From IMG/VR virus record IMGVR_UViG_3300043775_002247: a stretch of DNA of 55,270 bases; one strand, 5' to 3'. Source of the DNA: an uncultured virus (IMG/VR IMGVR_UViG_3300043775_002247) (taxonomy: Duplodnaviria; Heunggongvirae; Uroviricota; Caudoviricetes). The position numbers were made by a program, and so were the translations under genes. Shown in pieces: positions 1 to 11,459 of the stretch (positions are counted from its first letter, which is position 1; each line of letters opens with the position of its first letter). Under the pieces are notes generated by a model. That model was not told the origin of the DNA. It ran no database searches and saw nothing but the letters and a program-made list of their open reading frames with translations.

Positions 1-3000
1 ACCATCATCAGTTACAACAAAAATTGCAAAATTAGTGTTTGTGTGTAAAGGGAAACTATTACCTAAATTATTTTGTACAACTGTTGATGTTGGTAATCTA
101 TCAGACCTCATCACTATTTTACGTTGATTAACACTAGTTAAATCAAAATTTAAAACCGCCGTACTTGGATATTTTGGCGCGTAATAAATACCTTCAACTG
201 AAAATGGGTTACTTCCAGTAGTTTGATTTATATCTAATCTCTGATAAAACATAGTACCACCTTCAACTATCTCACCTAAATAATAACCTCTATTATCATT
301 AGGAGAAACGTTGTATGTTCCCGCTCTTCTATTATAAGGAACACTAAATACTATACACTGTATGTCATAAGTATACTGAATGTCCCACTCCATAATAAAC
401 CCATTCCAACCACGCGTTCCTTCTTGATAAGGAAATGGTGGGTTATCATCATTCGTATATTGGTTAACCACTTTAGACACTGTAGATGATGGTGATGTCA
501 CGGATGATAATGTAGGAAGTCCATTTACCGGAGTAAAACCACCGTTTGTTGTATCTAAATTAGAATAATACGTATGTAAATTACTCGAGAAAGCACTAAA
601 ACCAAATGTTTCAAATAATGGGTTAGGTGGTGTTATAGATGGTAGAAAACGAAACGAATTAAAATAAAAATCAGATGTTAAATTACTATTAGTAATATGA
701 TTAACACAATTTAAAGTACCTTGAATTGGGTAATTTAATTTATATTTTTCACCCATTACTATTGTTGATGAATTACCAAAATTATAACCAAATAATCGAC
801 TTAAATCATATTGAACTTTAGTTCTACTTGAATTAGGGTCAACACCTCTAACCAAGAAAATAACTTTCTGTTTATCCATTGATTTATAATAATCTATAGG
901 TGAAAAATATCTTTCTATTGTTGACCAAGACAAGTGTGGATTACAAGGAAACGCAAATTCTTGAGGTTGGCTTACACGATAAAATCTCATATCGTTATTT
1001 AAAAACCTATTATAAAATGAATTATTGCTGTTCCAATCATTAGGTAATGAAGCCGTACTAGTATTACACATTCCACTATATTGAGCATAAGTCATACCTG
1101 TAATAACTTGAAAATATTCAACATCCATAGGGAATCTAGCATATCGAGGGTCACCTGAAAAAGTAACAATTTGATATGATACAGATTGATTACCTGAAGT
1201 ACCATCAGGATTTGCATAAGTAATCGAAATTGTTCCGGGATTAGTTGTTGACCCACTATTTATTGTCGTACCTGTAATGGTATTTGTACCATACTCATTT
1301 AATGTAGTTCCGGTATTAATAACATTTTTATCTTTTGATAGAGTAAAATCTTGAAAAGATAACATAGTACCCGCTTCTAAATTTGTTGCACTTTGAGTAC
1401 ATACTATCGCAACCACATTATCATAATGAAAATTAGTTGTTGGTGTCGGAGGATTTAAATCCGGTTGAAATGTTACTTTAATTCTATTAACCCCCCCACC
1501 AGGATTATCACCACTTTCATTAAAATATTTTCCTTTAGTATTAAACAAATTTAATCTTTCAGATACAGTTAAACTCGATGAAAAATATAAATATTCAGGA
1601 TTATCCGCAGATAATGCAGGGTCTTCGTCATCATTTGTTGATATAACTGAAGTAGGAACTCTTGTTGAGGGTGTAAATGACGCATTGTCAGCATTACCCA
1701 AACCATCTCCCGCAAATAAATTTTGATAAACAGAATCACCTGTGTTAACACCGGGTACAGGTGGTGGTCCGGGTGTTCCATTATTTAATCTATTAATCTT
1801 ATATTGTGAGGCGATTTCAAATGGGGTTAATAATGATGAACCAGCCCCTTCAGGAAGAGATTCGTCTGGCGCGTCTATTTCTAATTGTTCTACATCAGGT
1901 TCATCTTTAGGTAAATCTCCATTATCACCACAATCACAAAATGAACACTCCGGATAAGATAAATTTGGTATTTTAATATTTTTTAACTTATCAGGAAATT
2001 CAAGAATTTGTTTTGCCAAACGATTAGCGTCTGATATACCAGGACAATTCATTTTGTCTCTTAATTTTCTAAATCGTCTACCAATTATCGGCAATGCCCC
2101 AAGAATACCTAAAAGTGGTTTTAAAATAGCCGCACAAATAAACCCAACAAGAAGTATTAAAGGATAAAGAATAACGACTAATATTATTCCTATAACTTTA
2201 AGAACAAACCAAAGAATATGAATAACAGGTATTAATGAGATAAAAACAGGTCTGAATAAAAACAACATTATCCAAAATAAAAAATAAATTAAGTCAAACC
2301 TAAAAACACCATCATTTGTTGGAAATTTATTGTTCTCACTTTCACAAGAATCATCAATAATATTTTTAATACCAATAAATTGTGTATTTAAATACCCTTT
2401 TCTATATTGGTCAACTAATTGAGATACAGTATAAACTTTATTATATTGCATTAAATAAAACGTATCTGTACAATCTATTGCCGATTGAAAATCAACATAA
2501 TCATCCCAATCTAAACTAAACGCATATGACTTCTTTTGAAGTGTTGCGTTTGGGTTTGAACCACTAGTTGTCCAACCGTGTTCTTTAACATTTGGTACTA
2601 AAAAATACCCTCTTCTAACAGGTTCTGATATTGATGGTGATTGATTCCATTTAACTTTGAATCGGTATTTACCTTTAGTCGGGATACCTTTTTTAGGGTC
2701 ATCAGATATAACTTGTTCCCCAAACTCATTAGTTATTAAATAATCTAAATTCATTGGGACATCTACTAACCACGCACCATTATCATCAATAACTTGACCA
2801 CCTTCTTCTAAATCCACTGTCTCTAAAATTGGTTTACCCTGAGCATCTAAAAAAATAGTTTGTCTTATTGCTAATATTTCTCCCGGGCCGGTTACTAAAG
2901 TACATTGTGAACCGGATTTAAGTCGGGGTTTACAATTTCTCGGAAGGGCTTCGTCATCGTTACTTGAAACAATCGAACCCATAAAGATGGATGTTGGTCT

Positions 3001-3750
3001 AATATCAATACCGGATTCTTTAGATAAATCAAAATCAGTTCTTGTTATACCCAAATTACATATTTCAGGTTGACCCCATAACGGCTCAACCTCAATAGTT
3101 CTATTAAAATTAATAATTTGAGGTAACGAATTTAAATTTGATGATGCTTTGAAATTTATACCAGCAACTTGAGTTGGTGTTGCAAGACCCATTCTAATTA
3201 AATCTTGAGGTGATAATGAAAATTCCCCAATATCTGATAAGTCAATATCAACAACAACTGTTTGACTTCCGGTTGGTACACCAAAAATCATATAGTCACC
3301 GCTAGAGTTTGTTACAGTAGAGTATTTGTAGTATTTATCGTATACCTGTATTAAAGTTGGGTCGGTTAAAACATCCTTCCGATTAAAAAAAGTTCCTGTT
3401 GGATTATGTCCACTATGAGATTTAACATATGGTAGTAGATTATATCTATAACCATCTTCATTTAAATCTGTTAATGTTTTATACGGATATAAATCAGAAG
3501 TAACAGGATTAAGTTCGTCATTTGTGTCTAAAGGTATAAACACAGAAACTTTAGCATTTGGAATACCAAAACCATTGTTCACACTTACCCTACCAACAAT
3601 TACCCCGTAATCAGAGCATTGTCTAGTATATATTTGACTTTGTAATAATTTTAGAGATAGTATTTCTAAATACTCAAATTCTTGGTCTATCAAGACGTTA
3701 AGTGATTTGTCAACACCAGGCTCAGTACGTATTCTAAATGAATTGGACAT
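1..3750 (-). CDS. Large baseplate-region protein (>1250 aa, runs off window start; absent from the ORF track) with an internal ~70-aa hydrophobic segment
   Basis: ATG at 3750 (MSNSFRIRTEPGVDKSLNVLIDQEFEYLEILSLK...YGVIVGRVSVNNGFGIPNAKVSVFIP). The frame is open where I translated it (start, 2040-2340, and ...AIFVVTDDG at position 1). It follows the gp6-like gene and has TATTTAT upstream. Confidence 0.8.
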   Translation of the reverse strand, partial: MSNSFRIRTEPGVDKSLNVLIDQEFEYLEILSLKLLQSQIYTRQCSDYGVIVGRVSVNNGFGIPNAKVSVFIPLDTNDELNPVTSDLYPYKTLTDLNEDGYRYNLLPYVKSHSGHNPTGTFFNRKDVLTDPTLIQVYDKYYKYSTVTNSSGDYMIFGVPTGSQTVVVDIDLSDIGEFSLSPQDLIRMGLATPTQVAGINFKASSNLNSLPQIINFNRTIEVEPLWGQPEICNLGITRTDFDLSKESGIDIRPTSIFMGSIVSSNDDEALPRNCKPRLKSGSQCTLVTGPGEILAIRQTIFLDAQGKPILETVDLEEGGQVIDDNGAWLVDVPMNLDYLITNEFGEQVISDDPKKGIPTKGKYRFKVKWNQSPSISEPVRRGYFLVPNVKEHGWTTSGSNPNATLQKKSYAFSLDWDDYVDFQSAIDCTDTFYLMQYNKVYTVSQLVDQYRKGYLNTQFIGIKNIIDDSCESENNKFPTNDGVFRFDLIYFLFWIMLFLFRPVFISLIPVIHILWFVLKVIGIILVVILYPLILLVGFICAAILKPLLGILGALPIIGRRFRKLRDKMNCPGISDANRLAKQILEFPDKLKNIKIPNLSYPECSFCDCGDNGDLPKDEPDVEQLEIDAPDESLPEGAGSSLLTPFEIASQYKINRLNNGTPGPPPVPGVNTGDSVYQNLFAGDGLGNADNASFTPSTRVPTSVISTNDDEDPALSADNPEYLYFSSSLTVSERLNLFNTKGKYFNESGDNPGGGVNRIKVTFQPDLNPPTPTTNFHYDNVVAIVCTQSATNLEAGTMLSFQDFTLSKDKNVINTGTTLNEYGTNTITGTTINSGSTTNPGTISITYANPDGTSGNQSVSYQIVTFSGDPRYARFPMDVEYFQVITGMTYAQYSGMCNTSTASLPNDWNSNNSFYNRFLNNDMRFYRVSQPQEFAFPCNPHLSWSTIERYFSPIDYYKSMDKQKVIFLVRGVDPNSSRTKVQYDLSRLFGYNFGNSSTIVMGEKYKLNYPIQGTLNCVNHITNSNLTSDFYFNSFRFLPSITPPNPLFETFGFSAFSSNLHTYYSNLDTTNGGFTPVNGLPTLSSVTSPSSTVSKVVNQYTNDDNPPFPYQEGTRGWNGFIMEWDIQYTYDIQCIVFSVPYNRRAGTYNVSPNDNRGYYLGEIVEGGTMFYQRLDINQTTGSNPFSVEGIYYAPKYPSTAVLNFDLTSVNQRKIVMRSDRLPTSTVVQNNLGNSFPLHTNTNFAIFVVTDDG

Positions 3751-3821
3751 AATAATCTTTTTTAATAAATAGTTTATATACTATTTTCAAAAGATAATTC
3801 AATAAATTTTAAAATAAATTG

Positions 3822-5660
3822 CTAAGAGAAATTAACCGTTTTAATATTTTTAACTCTCACATTGATATCTTTGTTTGGATATCTAACTTGATACACTTGT
3901 CTTGGTTCGGCAAAAATTGTATCATCAACTAATTCAATTTGTTTAGTTTCCGAATCAATATATCTTTGTGATGTTTGAGAGGAAGAATATTGACCACCAA
4001 CTTTATTAAAAAATGTCATGTCAGAAACGGAAATAACCCCATTTTCACTTTGAACTAATCTTCTTAATTCTGATACATTAACATTTTCACCCATTTCTTG
4101 GTTTGTTGGGTCAAAATAATCTGTGATTATATTAATTATTTGAGAAATAATAGAACCTTGATTTTGTGAATTGTCTAACACAACGTCAACATTTATTGCT
4201 AAATCAATAACATTTGCACTTTCAATTGACACATAATCATTAATCATACGATAATTTGACAGGTAGTTTGCAACATTATTTTTTAAAGTGTTTGAAACAA
4301 TCTCAGTTAATCTACCAGTTTCATCATATGATAACATTTGAACTTTAATTTTATTATTCTCTTCAGTTATCGCAACTTTAGCCGGTGCTCCAAATTGTGA
4401 GGGCATTGTTCTAATGATTGATTCATAATCATTTACTGTAACTGCTCTGTTTTGTGCTGTAAAGTTATATGAAACTAAATTTCTAACTTCTTCTGTTGTT
4501 GGATAGTTTGCCCCACCAATAGCCGCTGTAATATTATTACATCTTAATGAATTAACCACAGTCGTATTAACTGATTCAGATGGACCATTCACAAAAAATG
4601 AAACTGTACCAATTTGTGTTATAACCCCAACACCTAAATTAGTTCCTGTACCACCACCAATTCTATATTGAACAAATAATGTGGTATTAGGTTTTAAAGT
4701 ACTACCTAATGCGAAGTTATTAGAATATTTGTATAAATTTAATGGTTTACCATCTCGGGCAAATTCTCTTAATTGTTCATCAGCCGATTGACTACCACCA
4801 CCAAAGGTCATTTTAAAGAAACCTTCAGGTGTAAATTCTGTTATGAATTTAGTTGCGGTATTCACATATCTACCAACTTTAATACCAGGGTTATCCGAAA
4901 CTTTTGTTGGGTCTTCAATAAACACTCTATCTTGGGCTAAAGCCTGTACTTCAAACCATCTATTATCAACACCTAAAAATTCTTGATTTGAGGGTACATT
5001 GGCGTATTGAGTTCCATCTTTTAATAAAACACTTGTTACTCCTAAAACGGTCTTTTCAGGTAAAAATAATTCAAAAAATGGTCTAACATCATTTGCGGTA
5101 ATAACTCTTTTAAAAACTTTAGTTATACCATTAACAACGGTCTCACGTTTAACAATTGTATAATTTAATAACTTATTGTTTGAGTCGAAATTTGGGATTT
5201 TTAGTCTATTAGGAAATCCGTCTGCGTTTGATGGTGAAGAAAAATCAATATCATAAACAGTTTCAAATACTTGACCCGCGCCACTTACTTGAGAACCTCT
5301 ACGTAGAATACCACAATACCTTAAATCCTCTTTATCTCCAAAAGCAGGTACAGTTATTGAAAAATCAACTAAAGCAACTGAAGGTCTTTGACCCGGAACT
5401 TTTAATCCATAAGTTTTGGCGATGTTAAATACTGATGACCTTTGTTGAGCGTACTGTAATACCGTTTCTTGAATACTTCTATCTATGTTGAATTGAAGGT
5501 TGTCGGTAACCGCAGCGTTTAGGTCTAATAATACAGAGAATACACTCGCATCATTAAAGTTGTCAACTAAATCCGGATAATAAGTTCTTGTAAAGTTTAT
5601 TAACTCGGTTCTAATTGATTGGAAATCTCTCGTAGTATACGATATTTTTTTATTTGCCAT
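3822..5660 (-). CDS. Baseplate wedge protein (T4 gp6 / baseplate J-like)
   Basis: N-terminal YTTRDFQSIRTELINF...YYPD..NFNDASV and C-terminal AQNRAVTVNDY are characteristic of gp6/J-like wedge proteins; adjacent to the gp25-like gene. Confidence 0.85.
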   Translation of the reverse strand: MANKKISYTTRDFQSIRTELINFTRTYYPDLVDNFNDASVFSVLLDLNAAVTDNLQFNIDRSIQETVLQYAQQRSSVFNIAKTYGLKVPGQRPSVALVDFSITVPAFGDKEDLRYCGILRRGSQVSGAGQVFETVYDIDFSSPSNADGFPNRLKIPNFDSNNKLLNYTIVKRETVVNGITKVFKRVITANDVRPFFELFLPEKTVLGVTSVLLKDGTQYANVPSNQEFLGVDNRWFEVQALAQDRVFIEDPTKVSDNPGIKVGRYVNTATKFITEFTPEGFFKMTFGGGSQSADEQLREFARDGKPLNLYKYSNNFALGSTLKPNTTLFVQYRIGGGTGTNLGVGVITQIGTVSFFVNGPSESVNTTVVNSLRCNNITAAIGGANYPTTEEVRNLVSYNFTAQNRAVTVNDYESIIRTMPSQFGAPAKVAITEENNKIKVQMLSYDETGRLTEIVSNTLKNNVANYLSNYRMINDYVSIESANVIDLAINVDVVLDNSQNQGSIISQIINIITDYFDPTNQEMGENVNVSELRRLVQSENGVISVSDMTFFNKVGGQYSSSQTSQRYIDSETKQIELVDDTIFAEPRQVYQVRYPNKDINVRVKNIKTVNFS

Positions 5661-5665
5661 ATTCT

Positions 5666-6124
5666 TTAAATATTTAGGATTACAAAATCACTAGCGTTAA
5701 ACACGTCATTATTTATTTGATAATCTATTTTTACTTTCGCAGTGTGTTCTTTAGTTCCAATACCCGGTACTCTAAAAACACGTGTATCGTATTGGTCAAC
5801 ATAAGTACCTTTATCTTCTTCACCATCTGATGCCGCGGTGATACTTATGTTTTTAATTGTTATTCCCGGTATATATTCCTCAACAGCGTCCCTAATTTCA
5901 GCATCAATATCTGAAAATGTAGGACCATCTAATGGTTCAAAAATAAATTCATACAATCTTGTACCAAAATCGGGTAAAAAATATCTACTTCCTTTTCTAG
6001 TCAATAATAAATGTATTAAGTCCGTTCTTGTTTCTTGAGTACTATCTGTGGAAAGGTCTAAATACTTTCCATCATAAGAATCCCTAAAAGGGAAATTAAT
6101 ACCATATGTTTTTCCATCTGCCAT
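5666..6124 (-). CDS. Baseplate wedge / sheath initiator, gp25-like (GPW_gp25)
   Basis: GINFPF...LIHLLLTRKGSRYFLPDFGTRLYEFIFEP motif. Start moved to MADGKTYG (6124) because the upstream extension overlaps a terminator and promoter-like motifs. Confidence 0.88.
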   Translation of the reverse strand: MADGKTYGINFPFRDSYDGKYLDLSTDSTQETRTDLIHLLLTRKGSRYFLPDFGTRLYEFIFEPLDGPTFSDIDAEIRDAVEEYIPGITIKNISITAASDGEEDKGTYVDQYDTRVFRVPGIGTKEHTAKVKIDYQINNDVFNASDFVILNI

Positions 6125-6171
6125 ATCTATAAATATAGTGTCGTAATTATTTCTTATAAATAGAGTAAAAT

Positions 6172-6197
6172 AAAAAATCACGACCAAAGTCGTGATT
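6172..6197 (-). terminator. Intrinsic terminator after nrdA
   Basis: AATCACGAC-caaa-GTCGTGATT hairpin with a U-run on the minus strand, just downstream of the nrdA stop. Confidence 0.75.
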
Positions 6198-6211
6198 AAT
6201 ATTTATTTCTA

Positions 6212-8626
6212 TTAAGAACCACATCCAAAACACTCAAATTCTGTGTCTGTTGGTTTTGAAGTTAGTTCAACTGTTGGTTTCTCAATTGGTTTTAATTGAC
6301 CAACTTTTGAGATATCCACCGCCAAGTGTTTAGCTCCGGTTGATATCGCTTTAGTTCTAACATAATAACAAAGAGTTTTCAATCCTTTACCCCAAGAATG
6401 GAAGTGTGATGATGAAATCTTTGATAGTGTTGGATTAGACATATAGATATTCATTGATTGTGATTGGTCAATGAATGGTGCTCTGTCTGCCGCCATATCA
6501 ATAAGTTCTCTTTGAGATATTTCCCAAATTGTTTTGTATTTTGGAATTAAATGTTCAATTCTTTTAACTTTCTTGTTATAATTTTTATCTTCTTGGTCAA
6601 GATAATTATTAAAGTTAATATTTTGAATTGACCCTTCATTCATAATGATTTCATTTTTCAAATCTTCAGACCAAATACCAATTTTCTCAAAATCACTAAT
6701 TAAGTATTTGTTAACAATTAAAATTTCTCCTCCAACTACACGACGATTAAATAATGCCGAGTGAGCCGGTTCTGTCATTTCAAATGAACCTGTAATCTTA
6801 GCTGAAGATGCAACTGGCATCTGAGCCGTGAATAATGAGTTACAAACTCCGTGATTAGATACTTCTAATTTAAGTGAGTCCCAATCCCACATTCTTCCTA
6901 AACCTTCATAATCTAACCCCCACATATCGAATTGGAATATACCTTTTGACATTGGCGAACCGTTAAAGAATTCGTATGGTTTGTATTCACCTGATTTACA
7001 TAATTCCATACTTTCGGTGATTGCCGCAAAGTAGATTGTTTCAAAAATTTCTTTGTTTAATTGTTTCGCCTCTTCAGATGTGAAGATATAATCCATTAAG
7101 AAAAATACGTCAGCAAGACCTTGAGTTCCAATCGCAATTGCTCTTTGTTCTAAACCACCTTTTCTACCTTGTTCAGTTGAATAACTATTAATGTCAACAA
7201 CTTTGTTAAGTGCTCTAACAACCTTTCTAACTTCACTATAAAGTAATTTGAAATCAAACTCCCCTTTAACGATAAAGTTTTTCAATACCATAGATGATAA
7301 CGTACAGATTGCCGTAGTATTTTCATCGGTATATTGGTAAATCTCATTACATAGATTAGATTGTTTAATCACCCCAATGTTTTGATGGTTAGTTTTTCTG
7401 TTAGCACTATCTTTAGAACATAAGTAAGGAACTCCGGTTTCAACTTGAGATTCAATAATTTTATTCCAAATTGTTTGTGCTTTCACTTTTTTACCAAGAC
7501 CAAGTTCAACCGCTTTGTTGTAGTTTGCCTCATACTCAACACCATAAGTTTCCTGTAATGGTTTGATACCCGCCTTTTTAATGTCGTTAGGACAGAACAA
7601 ATACCAATCAGAATTATTCTTAACCGCCTCCATAAAGTTGTCCGGTAACCATATTGAGGTAAATAAATCTTTTGCTCTTAATTCTTCAGCTCCCGTATTC
7701 TTTTTGATTTCAAGTAAATCAATGATGTCTTTATGCCAAGGTTCAATGTAGATAGCTGCACTACCCGGTCTTCTACCTTGTTGATTAAAGAATCTTAATC
7801 CTTCATTTACAATCTTTAAGTATTTTAATAAACCACCCGCAAATCCACCTGATGAGTTAATACGACTTTCTTTACTACGAATGTTAGACATACATAATCC
7901 AATACCTGCAGCATCTGACGAATACGTTGAAATATCGTTGAATGTTTGCAATAACCCTTCTCTTGAGTCCCCGTGATTGTATTTCAATACACAAGATGCT
8001 AGTTGAGGTGTTTTAGTTCCCGCGTTAATCATAATCGGTGTCGCAGGAGATATAACTGGATTTGATAATGATTGATAATATTCAACCGCTTGTTCAAATG
8101 ATTTAGTAACCCATAAAGCAACTCTCATATACATATGTTGAGGTCTTTCAATTACTCTACCTTCAGGATTTTTTAACAAATACATTTCTTGTAATGATTT
8201 CCAAGCAAAATAATCAAAATTGTAATCATTCTCGTGATTAATTACAGAATCAATATTTTCAGGACCATATTGTTCAATAGTTTCCATTAACTTATCGTTA
8301 ATAATACCATCAACGTGTAATGTGTGCATTGTGTTACAGAAACTTTCATCAGTTTCTTTATGATACGCAGAAATAGCAACAGATGATGCTAATCTTGAGT
8401 AGTCGTGATGACTTCCGGTATATGCCGCAGCAATCTCATAAACTAACTTATCCAACTCTTTGGTTGTAATAACACCCTCTGTTGGAACTGAAGTAATCAC
8501 CTTAATGAATACCTCATCAGCATTTACGTTTAATCCTCTTGCCGCTCGTTTAACTCTATTATAAATTTTTTGGGGGTTGAACGAAACTTCGTCTCCCCCT
8601 CTTTTTCTTATCTTTAATGACATCAT
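6212..8626 (-). CDS. nrdA: Class Ia ribonucleotide reductase alpha subunit with N-terminal ATP-cone
   Basis: ATP-cone (IRKRGGDEVSFNPQKI), SPATP, ASCVL, SNLCNEI radical Cys, MPVASSA, YY pair (CYYVRT), C-terminal CxxC (CFGCGS). Confidence 0.97.
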   Translation of the reverse strand: MMSLKIRKRGGDEVSFNPQKIYNRVKRAARGLNVNADEVFIKVITSVPTEGVITTKELDKLVYEIAAAYTGSHHDYSRLASSVAISAYHKETDESFCNTMHTLHVDGIINDKLMETIEQYGPENIDSVINHENDYNFDYFAWKSLQEMYLLKNPEGRVIERPQHMYMRVALWVTKSFEQAVEYYQSLSNPVISPATPIMINAGTKTPQLASCVLKYNHGDSREGLLQTFNDISTYSSDAAGIGLCMSNIRSKESRINSSGGFAGGLLKYLKIVNEGLRFFNQQGRRPGSAAIYIEPWHKDIIDLLEIKKNTGAEELRAKDLFTSIWLPDNFMEAVKNNSDWYLFCPNDIKKAGIKPLQETYGVEYEANYNKAVELGLGKKVKAQTIWNKIIESQVETGVPYLCSKDSANRKTNHQNIGVIKQSNLCNEIYQYTDENTTAICTLSSMVLKNFIVKGEFDFKLLYSEVRKVVRALNKVVDINSYSTEQGRKGGLEQRAIAIGTQGLADVFFLMDYIFTSEEAKQLNKEIFETIYFAAITESMELCKSGEYKPYEFFNGSPMSKGIFQFDMWGLDYEGLGRMWDWDSLKLEVSNHGVCNSLFTAQMPVASSAKITGSFEMTEPAHSALFNRRVVGGEILIVNKYLISDFEKIGIWSEDLKNEIIMNEGSIQNINFNNYLDQEDKNYNKKVKRIEHLIPKYKTIWEISQRELIDMAADRAPFIDQSQSMNIYMSNPTLSKISSSHFHSWGKGLKTLCYYVRTKAISTGAKHLAVDISKVGQLKPIEKPTVELTSKPTDTEFECFGCGS

Positions 8627-8627
8627 A

Positions 8628-9578
8628 TTAAAAATCGTCTGTAAATGTTAATGACTCACCTAACTTGGCCTTTTGATACTCCATTGTTCTTGATTCAAAG
8701 AAGTTACCTTTTGTTTCAACAGCAATCTGTTCCATAAATTTAAATGGTTGTTCCACATTAAAGTGTTTTTTACAACCAAACTTAACCAATAATCCGTCAG
8801 TAACAAATTCAAGATATTGTTTCATTAAGTTTGAATTCATACCAATTAAAGACACAGGTAATGATTCAGTGATAAATTCTTTTTCAATTTCTAAAGCGGA
8901 TAGTAAGATTTCTTTAATTCTTTTCTCCGTTGGTTTGTTCTCAACGTGATTGTTAATCAAATGAATAGCAAAATCACAATGTAAGTTCTCATCTTTAAAG
9001 ATTAATGAATTTGCATTACATAATCCTTGCATAATTCCTCTTGATTTCATCCAAAAGATAGAACAGAATGAACCGGAAAAGAAAATTCCTTCAACAGCCG
9101 CGAACGCAACTAATCTTTCTTGAAAAGAGGCGTTCTCAATCCAATCAAGAGCCCATTTAGCTTTCTTTTGAACTGCCGGTAATCTATCAATTGCGTGGAA
9201 ACATTCGTCTTTCTCTGTTTCATCAGAAACATAAGTATCAATCAATAATGAATACATTAACGAGTGAATGTTTTCCATCATAATTTGAAATCCGTAGAAG
9301 AATTTCGCCTCAGCGTATTGAACCTCTTTTAAGAAATTTTCAGCCAAGTTTTCATTTACAATACCATCAGACGCTGCAAAGAACGCTAATATATTTTTAA
9401 GGAAATATCTTTCATTATCAGATAGGTTTTCCCAATCTCTAATATCGTTAGATAAATCTACTTCTTCTGCCGTCCAAAAAGCCGCTTGATGTTGTTTGTA
9501 AAATTCCCATATATCATTATGTTCAATAGGGAAAATAACGAATCTGTCATTATTTGGTTCTAATATTTTTTCTTTCAT
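8628..9578 (-). CDS. nrdB: Class Ia ribonucleotide reductase beta subunit
   Basis: [34 protein letters not shown] (radical Tyr), [14 protein letters not shown] di-metal ligands, NFFESR. Confidence 0.97.
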   Translation of the reverse strand: MKEKILEPNNDRFVIFPIEHNDIWEFYKQHQAAFWTAEEVDLSNDIRDWENLSDNERYFLKNILAFFAASDGIVNENLAENFLKEVQYAEAKFFYGFQIMMENIHSLMYSLLIDTYVSDETEKDECFHAIDRLPAVQKKAKWALDWIENASFQERLVAFAAVEGIFFSGSFCSIFWMKSRGIMQGLCNANSLIFKDENLHCDFAIHLINNHVENKPTEKRIKEILLSALEIEKEFITESLPVSLIGMNSNLMKQYLEFVTDGLLVKFGCKKHFNVEQPFKFMEQIAVETKGNFFESRTMEYQKAKLGESLTFTDDF

Positions 9579-9585
9579 TTTTAAA

Positions 9586-10968
9586 TTAATTTTGTGTTTG
9601 TTCTTTTTGTTTTCTTTTGTCTAACAAATCTTTTATTCTTTGTCTGTTTCTTTCTTCGGTTTGTTCTTCTAACCCTAAAAATGTTACAGAACTTTCAGTG
9701 TCAATCTCCAACATACCATTATCAAATTTACAATTCTCAAATACAACACCATCATCACCAATACGTGATTTAGTAATTGCAATCGTTGCTAGTTTCATTT
9801 CTTTTTGTTGTAGAGATTTTGCCACGGAAATGATTACGTGTCCAACCTGTGCTTTTTTAATAGAACCCCCCATTTGGTCAGTAGTTACAACATCAGAAGA
9901 TATTGAACTTCTATTACCTTGAGTTGCCGTCCACCCTACCAAGTCAAGTTCGTGACACATAGATTCAAATGCTCTCATCACAGACCCTTCAGATTTCCAT
10001 TCATCCCCCAAGTTTTTATCCGGAACTACACAATCAATGTAGTCCAATAATACCATATCAATTTTGTTTCCTTCAGAAATCATTTTTCTAATTTGATTCT
10101 TAATTTGCATCATTGTTACGGTGTCAGATGGAAGTTTTTTAAGTATAAGTTCATTAGGCATTTTCTCCTTAATCTCTTGAACTTTAACCATAACTTCATC
10201 CTTTTTTAAAGACAATTCATCCGGATGAATTTTTGTCCATAATGTAATGTGTTTACGTTGGATAATCTTTGGGTTATCCTCAAAGAATATTTGTAAAACA
10301 TTATATCCCAAATTAAATGCGTGATTTGAGATTTTTGTCAGTAAAGTTGATTTACCAACACCTGTTGGTGCTAATACAACACCGATTTCACCTTTAGCTA
10401 AACCACCTTTTAATAACCTATCTATTCCCGGAATACCCATTGGTATCGGATGTCGATAATCTTCGTTTAAAACGTCATCTAAATTACTGAAAACACTTTC
10501 CGTTCCTTTTTCGTGTTCCCCAACTTGAAGAGCTTTACTAACCATTTCCTCTAATGTGTCATAACTCTCAAATTCACCAGTGTCGATGATTTTTTGAGCT
10601 TTAACCATTACTTTCTGTAACTCCTGTTGCTTACAGAACTTCATTGATTTTTCTTGTACAAATTCTGCACCCTCAAGAGTAGATTCCTTAACTTTTGTAA
10701 GGGTATCAATAATGATTTTTGCCGCCAGAGGTTGTTGTATCTCAGATTTTGTGATTTGTTCTAATGTGTCAAAGGTTGGTGTATGTTCGTATTTTGTATA
10801 ATACTCTTTAATCATTTGAATGATTAGTTTAAAGTATTTATTTTCAAAATAACTTGTTTCAATCACATCGATAATAGACCTTGAGAAATCTTTGTCGATA
10901 ATGATTTGGTTTAATAATTGTATCTGAAAGGTACTACCTAGATACTCGAAATTTTTGTTTGACGCCAT
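9586..10968 (-). CDS. Replicative DnaB/T4 gp41-like helicase
   Basis: [16 protein letters not shown], Walker [16 protein letters not shown] Walker [12 protein letters not shown] arginine finger. Confidence 0.92.
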   Translation of the reverse strand: MASNKNFEYLGSTFQIQLLNQIIIDKDFSRSIIDVIETSYFENKYFKLIIQMIKEYYTKYEHTPTFDTLEQITKSEIQQPLAAKIIIDTLTKVKESTLEGAEFVQEKSMKFCKQQELQKVMVKAQKIIDTGEFESYDTLEEMVSKALQVGEHEKGTESVFSNLDDVLNEDYRHPIPMGIPGIDRLLKGGLAKGEIGVVLAPTGVGKSTLLTKISNHAFNLGYNVLQIFFEDNPKIIQRKHITLWTKIHPDELSLKKDEVMVKVQEIKEKMPNELILKKLPSDTVTMMQIKNQIRKMISEGNKIDMVLLDYIDCVVPDKNLGDEWKSEGSVMRAFESMCHELDLVGWTATQGNRSSISSDVVTTDQMGGSIKKAQVGHVIISVAKSLQQKEMKLATIAITKSRIGDDGVVFENCKFDNGMLEIDTESSVTFLGLEEQTEERNRQRIKDLLDKRKQKEQTQN

Positions 10969-10998
10969 ATAATTTTTCTTTTAGTGTATTAATAAATA

Positions 10999-11451
10999 CT
11001 ACACACTTAAGGTAACATCCAGATATTTTTTTGTTAAATTTTTAGATGAAAAAATGTCAGTCAAGTTCATCAATAAGTTTTTTAGGTGTGGGCGTACATC
11101 CACAGTATATCTTATCTTTGGGGGGTATATTTTAGCATCCACTTGTCTATGACAAATTGTCATATCATTTTGTTTAATGAAGATGTTAAAATACTCCGGA
11201 CCATCAGTATATGACGTTTCCAAAATAGCCGGATTGTTAATAATTTCATACATGTTATCAGACATATACGTTACTGTTTTCAATGATAATTGAGTTTGAA
11301 TGTCTTCTTTAAATTCACGAAGTAATTCATAAAGTTCTAATGAGTTTTTTGCCTCATTGTTAAACTCTCTTACGTTAAAAAATCTTTGTACAATGATGTT
11401 ATCATTTACCATCATTAAGAATTCTAATTTTACCGATTCTTGGTCTTTCAT
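10999..11451 (-). CDS. Hypothetical protein in the replication operon
   Basis: 150-aa ORF tightly packed between the exonuclease and helicase genes; no motif recognised. Confidence 0.75.
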   Translation of the reverse strand: MKDQESVKLEFLMMVNDNIIVQRFFNVREFNNEAKNSLELYELLREFKEDIQTQLSLKTVTYMSDNMYEIINNPAILETSYTDGPEYFNIFIKQNDMTICHRQVDAKIYPPKIRYTVDVRPHLKNLLMNLTDIFSSKNLTKKYLDVTLSV

Positions 11452-11459
11452 AGTTTTAA

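Noticed and set aside
6212..9578. Eukaryotic virus (NCLDV) origin suggested by the eukaryote-like RNR, SNF2 and GTs
   Set aside because: The contractile tail genes, operon packing, sigma70-like promoters and intrinsic terminators are bacteriophage features.
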